Below, piece after piece: positions 32,541 through 33,178 of a DNA stretch of 33,178 nt (position 1 is its first letter; each line of letters starts with the position of its first letter). Both the position numbers and the translations under genes were made by a program. Under the pieces are notes generated by a model. That model was given only the letters and a program-made list of their open reading frames with translations, had not been told where the DNA came from and made no database searches. The DNA comes from Basidiobolus ranarum. Taxonomy: Eukaryota. The stretch spans positions 1 to 33,178 of the forward strand of contig JASJQH010006953.1 in assembly GCA_040143965.1 (NCBI GenBank), written 5' to 3'.

Positions 32541-33178
32541 ATTCAGAATCTTTATTGGGAATATCAGATTGTGCTTACAAATTTAATATAGGGAAAGAAC
32601 TATTAATCTTGTGGGGATATATGTACCAAAACTTGGTCAATTGCATGAAAACAGCTTGAGATGGAAAGGGAAATTCATATACTTATATAACTTACACTTC
32701 AATATAGTATTCATAACAACTCAGGTCTGATGGCTGAAATTAAGGCTGCCAGCCTTAACTTTAGTGATTTTTGACTATGGAACTGAAAAAGGGCATCAGT
32801 ATCCTTGAAGCCAACACACTTTTCAGCATGGTTAAAGTAGAAATATTGATGACACCTGGGGCATCTGGATCCTATGCACAGTGTATTCATTCACCACTAG
32901 ATTGCCTGAAAGGCAAAGAATGTATCTTTAATATATAAAGATACATCTGCATGGCTATATGAGTGTCTACTAGTTGCTGCTATTTGTCCTACTCTATCTC
33001 TTGCTAAAGACTCTTGAGGTGTTCTGTAATTTTCTCTCAGCTAAAGCTGTTGAGAGAGGAGCTTGAATACCAGGGGCATGTTTTTCATTTTCTTTGAGAT
33101 ACTTCTGAAATCCATCTGGCTTATGAATGTTTGCTATCACAAGTGAGGTTGGACAAGCAATAACTGTCTTGCATTCAA
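32523..33178 (-). mobile_element. Degenerate 3' end of a non-LTR-type retrotransposon (RT-ORF C-terminus with CCHC knuckle, 3' UTR, telomere-like tail); continues beyond the window
   Basis: One frame, 33178-32711, reads LNARQLLL...HADVSLYIKDTFFAFQAI*W*MNTLCIGSRCPRCHQYFYFNHAEKC... (C-X2-C-X7-H-X3-C at 32863-32816) with 5 internal TGA/TAG stops. AATAAA at 32556-32551 is followed by CCTAACCCTAACCCTAA. The region has no CpG. The RT core itself is not in the window. Confidence 0.6.

Overview
Eukaryotic, gene-dense genomic DNA with short (mostly 50-110 nt) GT-AG introns. It is most consistent with an early-diverging fungus. This is inference from fungal-type Ubp8/Nnf1/Bmt2/Atf1/Fic1-like genes occurring alongside QDPR and a U12-type intron. 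About 19 protein-coding genes were reconstructed by manual splicing: REXO1/Rex3-like exonuclease (5' partial), UBP8, RPL16 (uL13), TAF10, ATG5, NNF1, QDPR, GCH1, uL10m, BMT2, an F-box/LRR protein, a small secreted protein, an Atf1 bZIP, UCH37, SF3A1, a PQQ-repeat protein, a twin-finger GATA factor, an orphan membrane protein missing from the ORF track, and a Fic1/Inn1-like C2 protein. The most notable features are: (1) the decayed 3' end of a non-LTR-type retroelement at the right edge, ending in a poly(A) signal plus telomere-like (CCCTAA)n in the orientation expected of telomere-primed elements, inside about 1.1 kb with no CpG; (2) a minor-spliceosome (U12) intron in SF3A1; (3) a tail-to-tail pterin synthesis/recycling pair, GCH1 + QDPR; (4) an intronless bacterial-looking PQQ-repeat gene. 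All assignments come from motif recognition by eye; no database searches were run.
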